The translations under genes were made by a program, and so were the position numbers. The notes beneath the pieces were generated by a model. That model was not told the DNA's origin and did no database searches. It was given only the letters and a program-made list of their open reading frames with translations. Positions 7,756-16,192 of a stretch of DNA of 46,950 nucleotides are shown here, piece by piece; the stretch's first letter is position 1, and each line of letters begins with the position of its first letter. The DNA comes from a virus (Duplodnaviria > Caudoviricetes). The DNA is taken from IMG/VR virus record IMGVR_UViG_3300032274_000010, positions 1 through 46,950 of that record, one strand, 5' to 3'.

Positions 7756-9105
7756 CTAGGCGGACCACTTGGCGGCGGTTAGGACCGAGAACGCCCGGTC
7801 GTAACGGAGCGCGCAATCGTTGCGCGCAATGCCACGGAGGACGGTTTCGTCTTTGGAGAACGCCGACACGACGGACGAGCCGTCGTGATATGCCGCGTCT
7901 TCCGAAGCCGAAATTTCGAGGCCCGGCTCGTCGCCGATCACAAAGTCCGCAAAATTGCCGAAATAGACTTCCGACTCGTCTGTCCCGCCGCCGAGGTTTG
8001 TCGGAACCGACGTTGTGACGTGGATCGGCGCGCCTTTCAGCGTGTTCGAGTCTTCAATCGACGGATAGACCTTGTTTCCGCCGGACGACTCGCGGAGATC
8101 GGCAAGATATTCGCGGACCGCCGGAGCCATGATCCAACCCGGATTCGTGAGTCGAATGTCGGCGTTTTGCACGGCGTTGACTGCCGAACGAATGTCAACT
8201 TGCACGTTGGCCGCGTTGACTGTCCCGTTAGCGGCGATCAGGTTTGTTGCCGCTGCCACGCTATAGCGGAGGCCTTTCGGTCCCGCGCCCGTTCCAGCGC
8301 CCCGGATGAAGTTTTCGTCTTCCGCTTCGCTGATCGCGTTGACGATTTCGTCCCGGATATACTCGTCGGCGGCAACCGTGACGGCCCGGAGCAGGTCGTT
8401 GCTGATCGGGGTGATCAGAGCCAACTTGCGCGGGGTTAGGCGAACTTGTCCGAAGGTCGGAGTTGACTTCGAGATGTTGTTGCCTTCGCCGACATAGGTC
8501 GCGGACGGGCCGGAGCGATGTGCGGGCAAGACCATTGCGCCATTCATCGGCAGAACGCGCGCCCCGGCGCGACGCATGACAGCGGCAGACCGGAGGAGCG
8601 GGATGATTTCCGCGATCATGGTTTCGGACAACAGGAATCCGCCGGACGCGCCGTCGCCTGCTAGGACCGATTTCGCGATCTGGCCGCCGATTGCAACGCC
8701 GTAAGTTTTGACGGCGAAATCCGCCATGCGGACCGGATCGCCTTTCGCCTGCATATAGCAACGGGCAAGGCGGGCGAGGTCCATGCCCTTGGCGACCGCG
8801 TTGTCGTCCATGACATACAATTTCAGACGGTCGTTATCGGTTTCGCTCGCTTCAATGCGGGCGGCCTTTAGACGGTCGGCCTTGTCGATATGGATCGCCG
8901 TTCCGCGCGTCTTGCCGTGTTTGGACAAGATCGCGTCAAAGGGAGACGCCTTGTCGCGGTTGTCGGCGTCCGATTGCATTTTCGCCGCGACGGCGTCGGC
9001 AACCTTGCCGACAAGATCGGAGAAAGATACGGAGTCGCCGCCGTTAGGGGCGGTTTTGGACGGGGCGTCGTTTGCGCCGTCTTTGATAATTTCTTTCGGG
9101 TCCAT
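7756..9105 (-). CDS. Major capsid protein, HK97 fold
   Basis: ASGGFLLSE...II.LLR; A.YVGEG; L.PRKL...ISNDLL; L.G.P...T..P; FGNF.DF.IG. Confidence 0.95.
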   Translation of the reverse strand: MDPKEIIKDGANDAPSKTAPNGGDSVSFSDLVGKVADAVAAKMQSDADNRDKASPFDAILSKHGKTRGTAIHIDKADRLKAARIEASETDNDRLKLYVMDDNAVAKGMDLARLARCYMQAKGDPVRMADFAVKTYGVAIGGQIAKSVLAGDGASGGFLLSETMIAEIIPLLRSAAVMRRAGARVLPMNGAMVLPAHRSGPSATYVGEGNNISKSTPTFGQVRLTPRKLALITPISNDLLRAVTVAADEYIRDEIVNAISEAEDENFIRGAGTGAGPKGLRYSVAAATNLIAANGTVNAANVQVDIRSAVNAVQNADIRLTNPGWIMAPAVREYLADLRESSGGNKVYPSIEDSNTLKGAPIHVTTSVPTNLGGGTDESEVYFGNFADFVIGDEPGLEISASEDAAYHDGSSVVSAFSKDETVLRGIARNDCALRYDRAFSVLTAAKWSA

Positions 9106-9117
9106 TGTAGGATTTCC

Positions 9118-10722
9118 CTATTCTTTGCCAACGCCTCCGCGCTTGGCGATGATTGCTTCCGCAACCTTTGCAGCAAACCCGTTCGAGTCCGCTTGGCTTA
9201 AAATCTCCGCCGCCTCGGCATTTGTCAACGACCGGGGCAGATCGGGGCTGTCGTCAACGATCTTGATCGTCCGCCCCGCCTCGTCGCGCATAATGCCCAA
9301 CAGGCGCTCCTTGATCGCCGGGGGGACGACAGGGGCCGGATCAGGGGTCGCGGCGACTGTTGCCCCATTGGGGGCCGCTTTGTCGTCGGTTTGATCCATG
9401 CCCGCCCCGTCTTCCTCTACGTTCGGGGCCGCGTCGCCGGGGGCGGCGGTGTGATCGTGATCGTCGGCGGGTTCAATCGTCGGGACGCCGTCGCCGTCGT
9501 ATGTGATCGCGTGGACGTGTTCCGGATCGCCTGCCGCGTCCGTCACGGTCGCATTCTGCGCGTATTCGTGCGCATGACCTTCCGACGTGCCGGTCGTAAA
9601 GATTTCGCCGTCCTCGTCGTCCGTATCGTCGCCGGGGGCCTTGGCCTGATCCGGGGCGTCGGGCTTGTCGTCGGCGGTCTTTGCTGCCGGGGCCGCGTCG
9701 TTGTCGACAGGGTCGCCCGTCTGATCGACGATTTCCCAATCCGTAACGTCTGACAGGGCCGAATCCTTGGGGATTGGGACTCCCGACTTGTCCAAGATCA
9801 GGCAATCCGCCGCCGTGCTATCCGGGACGGTCGCCGCAATCTCAACAATCCCGTTGATCGGGTTGTCCGCTGTCGTTTTGTGCGCGATCCAATTTGTCCC
9901 GCCTGCCGGGGTCTTTGTCGCGACGTAAACGACCCCCGGAGTCCGGGCAGACACGCCGAACGACGGACAGGCCGCGTCTGGCATGGCTTTTTCTAGATCA
10001 ACGCGGGCGGCGTTGCGCGCCCCGACGTTGGCCGACAGATCGGGAACGCTGTAAGTCGTCGCCCCCTTTCCGTCCCGGACCGTGATCCGATAAACATTTT
10101 CCAACGTCTTGCGATCAATCCCGGCGCGATCCGCTGCCGATTTTTCGTCCATGAGCCGACCGGCCCAATCGCCAAGGGGGGCGACGTTGACTCCCTTGGA
10201 TCGGGCTTGGACAAGGGCCTCCGGATTTGAAGGGACGCCGACGGCAGAAAACTCGATCAGGTCTTGCTCAACAAAGTCGATCCCGTAATCCCGTTCGCTT
10301 GGAATCGACCATTTGCGCGGGATAAACCCGACAGAGGTCGCGGACATAAAGCCCCCGGCGAACAGACGGAAAACCGTGTCCGCCAAGGCGTGAGTCTCTC
10401 GATCTGCAAATTGTGCAAGGGCGACAAGTTTATCGCCTTCCAGCGCAATCGACAGGGCCTTCCCAATTGGCGGGATCGAATGATCGTGACCAAACAACAC
10501 AACCGGGTTCTTGATATAGTCCGACAACTGCCAGCCCGACGGGGCAATCGTGTCGCCGTCCCGGTCCTGTCCTGCCGTGCTGATCGTGAACTTGATTGTG
10601 CGATCAGACTCGTTGATCCCCGGCGCTTTTGTCGCAAAGCCCTTGCGGACCGCCAAGGCGTCGAGCGCCTGATCCTTGTCTGCCGCCTTGCGAAACCGTT
10701 GGCCGCTAACGAGTGTTTTCAT
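9118..10722 (-). CDS. HK97-family prohead protease with long acidic C-terminal extension
   Basis: ST...DRDGD.I...GW.L..Y.KNPVVLFGHD; SVGFIP; L.EFS.V.VPSNPEAL. Confidence 0.9.
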   Translation of the reverse strand: MKTLVSGQRFRKAADKDQALDALAVRKGFATKAPGINESDRTIKFTISTAGQDRDGDTIAPSGWQLSDYIKNPVVLFGHDHSIPPIGKALSIALEGDKLVALAQFADRETHALADTVFRLFAGGFMSATSVGFIPRKWSIPSERDYGIDFVEQDLIEFSAVGVPSNPEALVQARSKGVNVAPLGDWAGRLMDEKSAADRAGIDRKTLENVYRITVRDGKGATTYSVPDLSANVGARNAARVDLEKAMPDAACPSFGVSARTPGVVYVATKTPAGGTNWIAHKTTADNPINGIVEIAATVPDSTAADCLILDKSGVPIPKDSALSDVTDWEIVDQTGDPVDNDAAPAAKTADDKPDAPDQAKAPGDDTDDEDGEIFTTGTSEGHAHEYAQNATVTDAAGDPEHVHAITYDGDGVPTIEPADDHDHTAAPGDAAPNVEEDGAGMDQTDDKAAPNGATVAATPDPAPVVPPAIKERLLGIMRDEAGRTIKIVDDSPDLPRSLTNAEAAEILSQADSNGFAAKVAEAIIAKRGGVGKE

Positions 10723-10733
10723 AATCTTGTCTC

Positions 10734-12857
10734 CTATGCGGTCCCGGTCGGGAACCTATTCAATTCGGCCAAGACCGCTTGCTCTTGCGAGTCGAATGCC
10801 GCGACTATAGCCTCAATAGCCTGATCCTCGAAAGTAGCGCGGCGGCGGTCGTAAACTTCAAACAATTCCACCCGCTTTTCCTCCGTGTCCGCGACTGATC
10901 GGACGGACGACACGTCCTCCCCTTCCAGTTCAGGGAATACGGGCAAGATCGAACAACGACAATTTATGTCCTCCGACCCGACACCAAACTCGCCGGGATA
11001 CGGGGCAGAATAACCATTGTCTGAAAAGAATAGGCCGTCTTCCGCGACGATTGTCCCGTCCAAATTGCGATGCGAGTCGCGGGCCTTGCCGTCGCGGGTT
11101 GTGAGCCATTCTTTTTGCTCGACGCCCGCTTGATGGAATGCCTCCGACGTTGCGAAGTTGGACGCGCGGACGATCTCTGTCCGGGCAATTGTCGGGGCGT
11201 TGTCCCGGCGTCCGCCAAACACGGCCCGAATCCGGTCGGCCAAACGATCAGACGACTCCCCGGCGGCGATCCCTTCCGACAGTGTCGCGCGCAAGGCGTT
11301 TTGGCTTGTCGCGTTTGTCAGGTCGCGAATCCGGTCGCCGCTGAATGTTTGGACAAAGTCGGCGACGCGGGGGTCGGCCAAGTCGAAACTGATCAGGAAA
11401 CCATATTCCGCAACCGCTGCCGATCCGAACGCGGCAATTGTTTCGATCAGGATCGGCCCGATTGAGTCCGCAATAGCTTCCGCAACCGCCGCCCCGACGA
11501 GTCGCTCTATGTCGTCCTCGTCCCATGCCTTGCCGACAACGTCGCCGCTGATCGCCTTGGACGCCGCCGGGCCGCTGATCGCTGCCGACTTGCCCGATCC
11601 CTGCTCCGCGTCCAAGACGGCAACCTCGCGGACGTTGATCGGCATTATACGCCGCGCGCCTTGATCGTCTGGCAACGGGGGCAAACCGAAAATCATGTCG
11701 CGGCGCTCGTTGATTGTCAGGATTTCGCGATTGTCCGTCGCGGCCTTGATCTTGCGATCCTCGTCCTCCCGGACCGGGTCTTCAAACCCAACACGCAAGC
11801 CCGCCCCAAATTGCGGGGCTAACTGCCCGTTAATCGCTTCCGTGATCAGGACAGACCGGGGCCGGACAATGTTCGCGGCGAGGATATAATCGGCGTTTTC
11901 GATTGTTGAGCGATTGCTGTTTTCAACAACCCCCATGATCTCCGGGGACATGCCATAGACCATGAGGATCAGGTCGCGCTCAAACTTGCGGACGGTGTCG
12001 ATTCCGAGATCCCCGAATCCCTGCCCGACTTCCGTCACTTCCAAACGCCGGGCGCTAAACAGGGGCTTCCCCTTTTTGCCGACGCCCCGGAATTTGTCAT
12101 ACCATTTTTCCTCCAACCGGACAGCTTCGTCCCGGTTGAGCGGTTCGTCTTTGCCTTGGATAATCAGATCGGGCCGGGCGTGATTGGCAAAGAACGCGGC
12201 GGCATGTTTTGCCGCGTATTCGTCCACGTTGATTTCGTCCTCAAGCGATTGCGCGATCCCTGATCCGCGTCCGTAAGGGTCTTCGAGGTCCGGGTCTTTG
12301 ATCCAAACAATATCCGCCTCCGGTATATCGACGGCAGACGCGGACGCATTTGTCGGGCGGACACTAAACAACGGGCGCTCCGGCGTCGGCGTTGCGTGAA
12401 TCCAATGCGGCGGCAGGGCATAAAGACGATTCGGGATTCCCCGGTTGTCCCGCCCGATCCCGATAAACGCCTCGCCGAGAATTTCGATATAGGCGGCGCT
12501 GATCTTGCGCAACGCAAACCCGGACAGGCCGGGACCGCCGCGCTCCCATAGGCGCACGATTGGGTGATGGGGGAGGTATTGCCAGCCCGACCCGACGTTC
12601 GCTTCAACATATAGCGGGACAGACGCGACGCGGTCGGCGATCTTGGACACGACAGCCCGCAACAACGGGGCCTCGCGATATGCGCGCAAGAACGACACGG
12701 CCCCCCGGCGGGGCAAACTTGTCGCAATGCCGGGCCGATATGTGAGCGAGTCTAAGGCCGCCGACTTGCTGCCAACCCCCGCTAAAAGATTGACCGCGCG
12801 CGGCGTCCGACGGATCGCGTCAAGGGTCCGCTCTAAAATGTTTTTAGAAGAAGTCAT
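10734..12857 (-). CDS. Portal protein fused to Mu gpF/SPP1 gp7-like minor head domain
   Basis: HK97-like portal motifs (GEAFI, LPPHWI, FFAN.ARP, LTINERR) followed by IARTE...KEW.T.RD...R.SH..LDG...INCRC. Start taken at MTSSKN. Confidence 0.9.
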   Translation of the reverse strand: MTSSKNILERTLDAIRRTPRAVNLLAGVGSKSAALDSLTYRPGIATSLPRRGAVSFLRAYREAPLLRAVVSKIADRVASVPLYVEANVGSGWQYLPHHPIVRLWERGGPGLSGFALRKISAAYIEILGEAFIGIGRDNRGIPNRLYALPPHWIHATPTPERPLFSVRPTNASASAVDIPEADIVWIKDPDLEDPYGRGSGIAQSLEDEINVDEYAAKHAAAFFANHARPDLIIQGKDEPLNRDEAVRLEEKWYDKFRGVGKKGKPLFSARRLEVTEVGQGFGDLGIDTVRKFERDLILMVYGMSPEIMGVVENSNRSTIENADYILAANIVRPRSVLITEAINGQLAPQFGAGLRVGFEDPVREDEDRKIKAATDNREILTINERRDMIFGLPPLPDDQGARRIMPINVREVAVLDAEQGSGKSAAISGPAASKAISGDVVGKAWDEDDIERLVGAAVAEAIADSIGPILIETIAAFGSAAVAEYGFLISFDLADPRVADFVQTFSGDRIRDLTNATSQNALRATLSEGIAAGESSDRLADRIRAVFGGRRDNAPTIARTEIVRASNFATSEAFHQAGVEQKEWLTTRDGKARDSHRNLDGTIVAEDGLFFSDNGYSAPYPGEFGVGSEDINCRCSILPVFPELEGEDVSSVRSVADTEEKRVELFEVYDRRRATFEDQAIEAIVAAFDSQEQAVLAELNRFPTGTA

Positions 12858-14442
12858 GCCGCCCGCTTTCGTTTTCCTTAGCAATTTCCAACGCCGCGTT
12901 ATATGCGTCGGCGGTTGCGTCGATTCTGTCGTCATGCGCGCCCCGTGGGAATGCTGCCATTTCGTCGAGGTAATCTTGATTCCACGGCGCGCGGACTAGG
13001 TGAACCCTACCGATTTCCGCTTGCGCCGACAATGGACGCGCGCGGGCGACCTTTGATCCGGTCGGGGCCTTGGCCTGTATGTCGAACCCGGCGAGTTTGC
13101 CAATGATTGCCGTTGAGGCGTATTTGCCGCCGCTGCCGGGGTCTTGCGGAATCCGGACAGGGATTTCCGGCCCGTCAAGTTCTGCCGTCGATTTAATCCG
13201 GTCGTCAACTTGGGCCGGGGACAGACGGCCCCGCTCCTCGTGTTCTAGATAAACGTCATAAGTCACAAGATCGGGGGCGGACGAATCAGACGACGGCTGT
13301 CGGGCGACCTCAACAAGCGAAAGCAACATGCCGACCGTATAGTCGGGATCGCCTGTCGTCGCCTCGTCCGACGCGGCAAAGTCCCAAGCCCGGACGCGGG
13401 CGGCAACATTGCGCGGGGCGCGATCAACGACCTTGAAGTCGGCCTTTTTGAACATGCCCCCGGCGCGCTCTGTCGGCGTCTGTCCATACTGCCCGGAATA
13501 AGCAAACGACCCTAAGCGATCCCGGATCGCCGACAGCACGTCCGACCCAATCCGCTCCGGCCATAGCGGCTCGCCCGGTGTCGTCCGCCAATCCCCCTCG
13601 AATCCGAACGGGTGATCTGGATCGTATTCCGCCGCAAGGCAAACATGTCGCCAAGTGTCGCCCTCGCTGTCGATCAGGTATCCGGACAGGTCGCGTTCAT
13701 GGAGCCTTTGCATGATCACGATAATTGCGTCTTTCGACGGGTCGTTCATGCGGTTTGCAATCGTCTCCCGATAGGTCCGCTTCGCGTCGTCCAATGCGTT
13801 GGGGCTGTCGGCGTCTTTCGCTTTGTGCGGGTCGTCAATCACAATGATATTCCCGCCCTCCCCTGTTGCGCCCCCGTCAAACCCGACCGCGATCCGGTGT
13901 CCCCCGGACGTGTTGTCGTATCGCGTTTTCTGATTTTGATCGCCTGAAAAGACGACGCGGGGGATCAGGCCGTCGATCCGACTATCGACGCCCCAACGCG
14001 CGGAATACCAAGGGGACAGCATGAGTCGCCGCGCCTTCAAGGCGTCGCGGGTTGCCAGTTGTTGCGCATAGCTAACGGACAAGAATTGAACGCCTGCCCC
14101 GGCCAAGGGACCGGCGGTCGGGGGCAAGGCCCAAACCAAAGCGGGGAACGACACGGAAACCATGAGGGACTTGGAATGTCGGGGGGCGATATTGATCAGG
14201 AGAAAACGGGTCTTGCCCGTGATCACGTCCTCCAATTCGCGCGCAATGGTTTCCAAGTGTCGCCCGTGGACGTAGGGGGCCGGGTCCATTATTGCCCAAG
14301 CCCGGCGGTGGAATCCCATGAGTCCGCAATCGGGGTGATCCGTTGACAGGTCTTCCACGTTTGCCCGATCCAACGCCCGGCGCAATTTTTCGCGATCCCG
14401 TGGATTGGACAGGGCGGCCTTGATCTGATCGGCGTCGATCAA
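12844..14442 (-). CDS. terL: Terminase large subunit
   Basis: INIAPRHSKS Walker A, IIVIDDPHK Walker B, MQRLHE.DL, RAWDFA, HDD.IDA. Confidence 0.95.
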   Translation of the reverse strand: MIDADQIKAALSNPRDREKLRRALDRANVEDLSTDHPDCGLMGFHRRAWAIMDPAPYVHGRHLETIARELEDVITGKTRFLLINIAPRHSKSLMVSVSFPALVWALPPTAGPLAGAGVQFLSVSYAQQLATRDALKARRLMLSPWYSARWGVDSRIDGLIPRVVFSGDQNQKTRYDNTSGGHRIAVGFDGGATGEGGNIIVIDDPHKAKDADSPNALDDAKRTYRETIANRMNDPSKDAIIVIMQRLHERDLSGYLIDSEGDTWRHVCLAAEYDPDHPFGFEGDWRTTPGEPLWPERIGSDVLSAIRDRLGSFAYSGQYGQTPTERAGGMFKKADFKVVDRAPRNVAARVRAWDFAASDEATTGDPDYTVGMLLSLVEVARQPSSDSSAPDLVTYDVYLEHEERGRLSPAQVDDRIKSTAELDGPEIPVRIPQDPGSGGKYASTAIIGKLAGFDIQAKAPTGSKVARARPLSAQAEIGRVHLVRAPWNQDYLDEMAAFPRGAHDDRIDATADAYNAALEIAKENESGRHDFF

Positions 14443-14852
14443 GAGTCGTTGCCTGCCGCTGCCTCTGCCGCCTCAAGGGCCGCCTGCAAACTGTCGCGGG
14501 CGGTTTTGGGCAGAGTCGCAATATCTGCCGCCCCGGACAATGCCTGTCCGTCGGCCCCTGTGACTTCCGTCCGGGTCGTATATCCCCGGCCCTTGCCTTG
14601 TGTTGTCAGGAAAAAAATGATCGCCCGGAGATTGCCGCCCCTGATCTTGTTCGCAAGATTCGCCTCCGCAATGTCCAACAGGGTTTCGCGTTGCGTGTCC
14701 CGAACGTCGATCAGGGCAGGCGACCGGCGGACTCGTTCGTCCAACGCCTTGCGACTGATCCCGAGCATCTTGGACGCGACAGCGATCACGCCCCCGGCCT
14801 TTGCCAGTGCGCTCGAAATTTCGTCGTCGTTATGACTCGGAGGCTTTGCCAT
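14439..14852 (-). CDS. terS: Terminase small subunit
   Basis: N-terminal HTH; A.IFFL.TQGK.RGY..R.E.TG.DG; overlaps the terL start. Confidence 0.85.
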   Translation of the reverse strand: MAKPPSHNDDEISSALAKAGGVIAVASKMLGISRKALDERVRRSPALIDVRDTQRETLLDIAEANLANKIRGGNLRAIIFFLTTQGKGRGYTTRTEVTGADGQALSGAADIATLPKTARDSLQAALEAAEAAAGNDS

Positions 14853-14872
14853 GATCCCCCGACTATAGCGTC

Positions 14873-15112
14873 TTATTCAACATTTCCATAGCGCGAACGC
14901 AACGCGGCAACCCCGGCGGCCCGCAAGGCGTCCGGGTCTTTGCGCAATTGCCGATAGAACACGGGATTCTTGATCGCCTTATCCGCGCGCATGATCGCCG
15001 GGCCGTCGTCCCCCAAGCGGGGGAACTTGGCGGCGAAAGCGATTGCCCGATCCCAATCCCCGGCGGCCATAAGCTGCCGGAGTTGGGACAATTTTGTCGG
15101 CGGGGTTGTCAT
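14873..15112 (-). CDS. Hypothetical protein
   Basis: Compact ORF filling the gap upstream of terS. Confidence 0.7.
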   Translation of the reverse strand: MTTPPTKLSQLRQLMAAGDWDRAIAFAAKFPRLGDDGPAIMRADKAIKNPVFYRQLRKDPDALRAAGVAALRSRYGNVE

Positions 15113-15124
15113 ATCCCGGCCCCC

Positions 15125-15490
15125 TTAAAACCAAAAATGAAGGTCGGCGACTTGCGACTCTGTCAGCATTCGGCCCGCGTGGTGATAATCGTATTTCCCA
15201 AACTTGTTTTTCCGGGCCGTCAAAACGCCTTGCGTTGTCGAGGCGCTGCCGCGCGTTTGCAGTTGGGCAAGATCGGCGGCGGTCTTGGATTCCAACTCGT
15301 CAAGGGTTTCGGCAAGAGCGGACAGGGCGTCCGCCTCGGCCCGCAATGCGTCAACGCGCGCCCGTATTTCTTGCGACTCGGCAAAGTCGTCGGCCAATGT
15401 TGCCACCCGTCGCGCGGCGTTGCTATGTCCGGCGGCGGACAGCGCGGCGGCGGTTTCGTCAAATGCCTGTGATTGTTCCAGTTCCAACAT
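15125..15490 (-). CDS. Coiled-coil hypothetical protein
   Basis: Conserved leader GATCACAGGAAAGGAACTGATC-ATG. Confidence 0.75.
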   Translation of the reverse strand: MLELEQSQAFDETAAALSAAGHSNAARRVATLADDFAESQEIRARVDALRAEADALSALAETLDELESKTAADLAQLQTRGSASTTQGVLTARKNKFGKYDYHHAGRMLTESQVADLHFWF

Positions 15491-15548
15491 GATCAGTTCC
15501 TTTCCTGTGATCTGATCCGCGTATCCTATCGACGCGGCGGGGGGGGTA

Positions 15549-15580
15549 TAGCGGGACTATGCGTCCGCCTGTCCCCCCTC
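15549..15580 (-). promoter_or_regulatory. Gapped palindrome copy B
   Basis: GAGGGGGGAC-aggcggacgcata-GTCCCGCTA, 59 nt upstream of ATG 15490. Confidence 0.85.
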
Positions 15581-15742
15581 GTCCCGGTCGGCCGAAAATT
15601 GATAAGCAACAACCCGGCCCGTCGAAAACTCGATTTTGCAGTCTTCACCCCGTCGCCTATGCGCGGCCCTATGCGACATGATTCCCAAATGGTGAATCTC
15701 CCGTTCGCATGTGTAGCAGTAGCAATCTGGCTCGTGTGGCAT
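15557..15742 (-). CDS. Small C2H2-like zinc-finger protein
   Basis: CYTC-x11-HRAAH; own TTGAC promoter near 15772-15798; AAGGGG RBS. Confidence 0.65.
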   Translation of the reverse strand: MPHEPDCYCYTCEREIHHLGIMSHRAAHRRRGEDCKIEFSTGRVVAYQFSADRDEGGQADA

Positions 15743-15787
15743 TGTGTCCCCTTTCAAATAGACCGGGCGACGATAGGGCCGCCGGAC

Positions 15788-16192
15788 CTATGCGTCAACG
15801 TCGCCGGGGGCAGGCTGGCAGATTGCGGAAAATTCTTTTTGAAACATTCCCAAGGGTTGCCGGGGGCCTTCATATCGCTTGTTTGCGTCTGTCCGGCGTT
15901 GGAATTGAAAGTCAATCGGCAACCCCCCGGACATGGCGGAAAAATGGCGGGACATTGCGGCATTCATAATTGAAAGGCGGGCGCTCAATACGTCGTTTGC
16001 CCCGGCCCCGAATAAAAGGTCGAAGTCCGAGTCGTCCAAGATCGCGCGAATATCAATATCACGAAAATCGGGCCGGGTCGTTGCCGATCCGACAAGATAC
16101 GGAATCACGCCGAAAGACATTTTGATCAAATGCCCAATCTGCAATAATGTCGCATGATCAGGCTGTCCAATGTAGCAGGATTTTTCTGTCAT
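15788..16192 (-). CDS. Minimal nucleotidyltransferase (Pol-beta superfamily)
   Basis: YLVGS...RDIDIR...PIDFQF; ATGA overlap with the MTase stop. Confidence 0.75.
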   Translation of the reverse strand: MTEKSCYIGQPDHATLLQIGHLIKMSFGVIPYLVGSATTRPDFRDIDIRAILDDSDFDLLFGAGANDVLSARLSIMNAAMSRHFSAMSGGLPIDFQFQRRTDANKRYEGPRQPLGMFQKEFSAICQPAPGDVDA

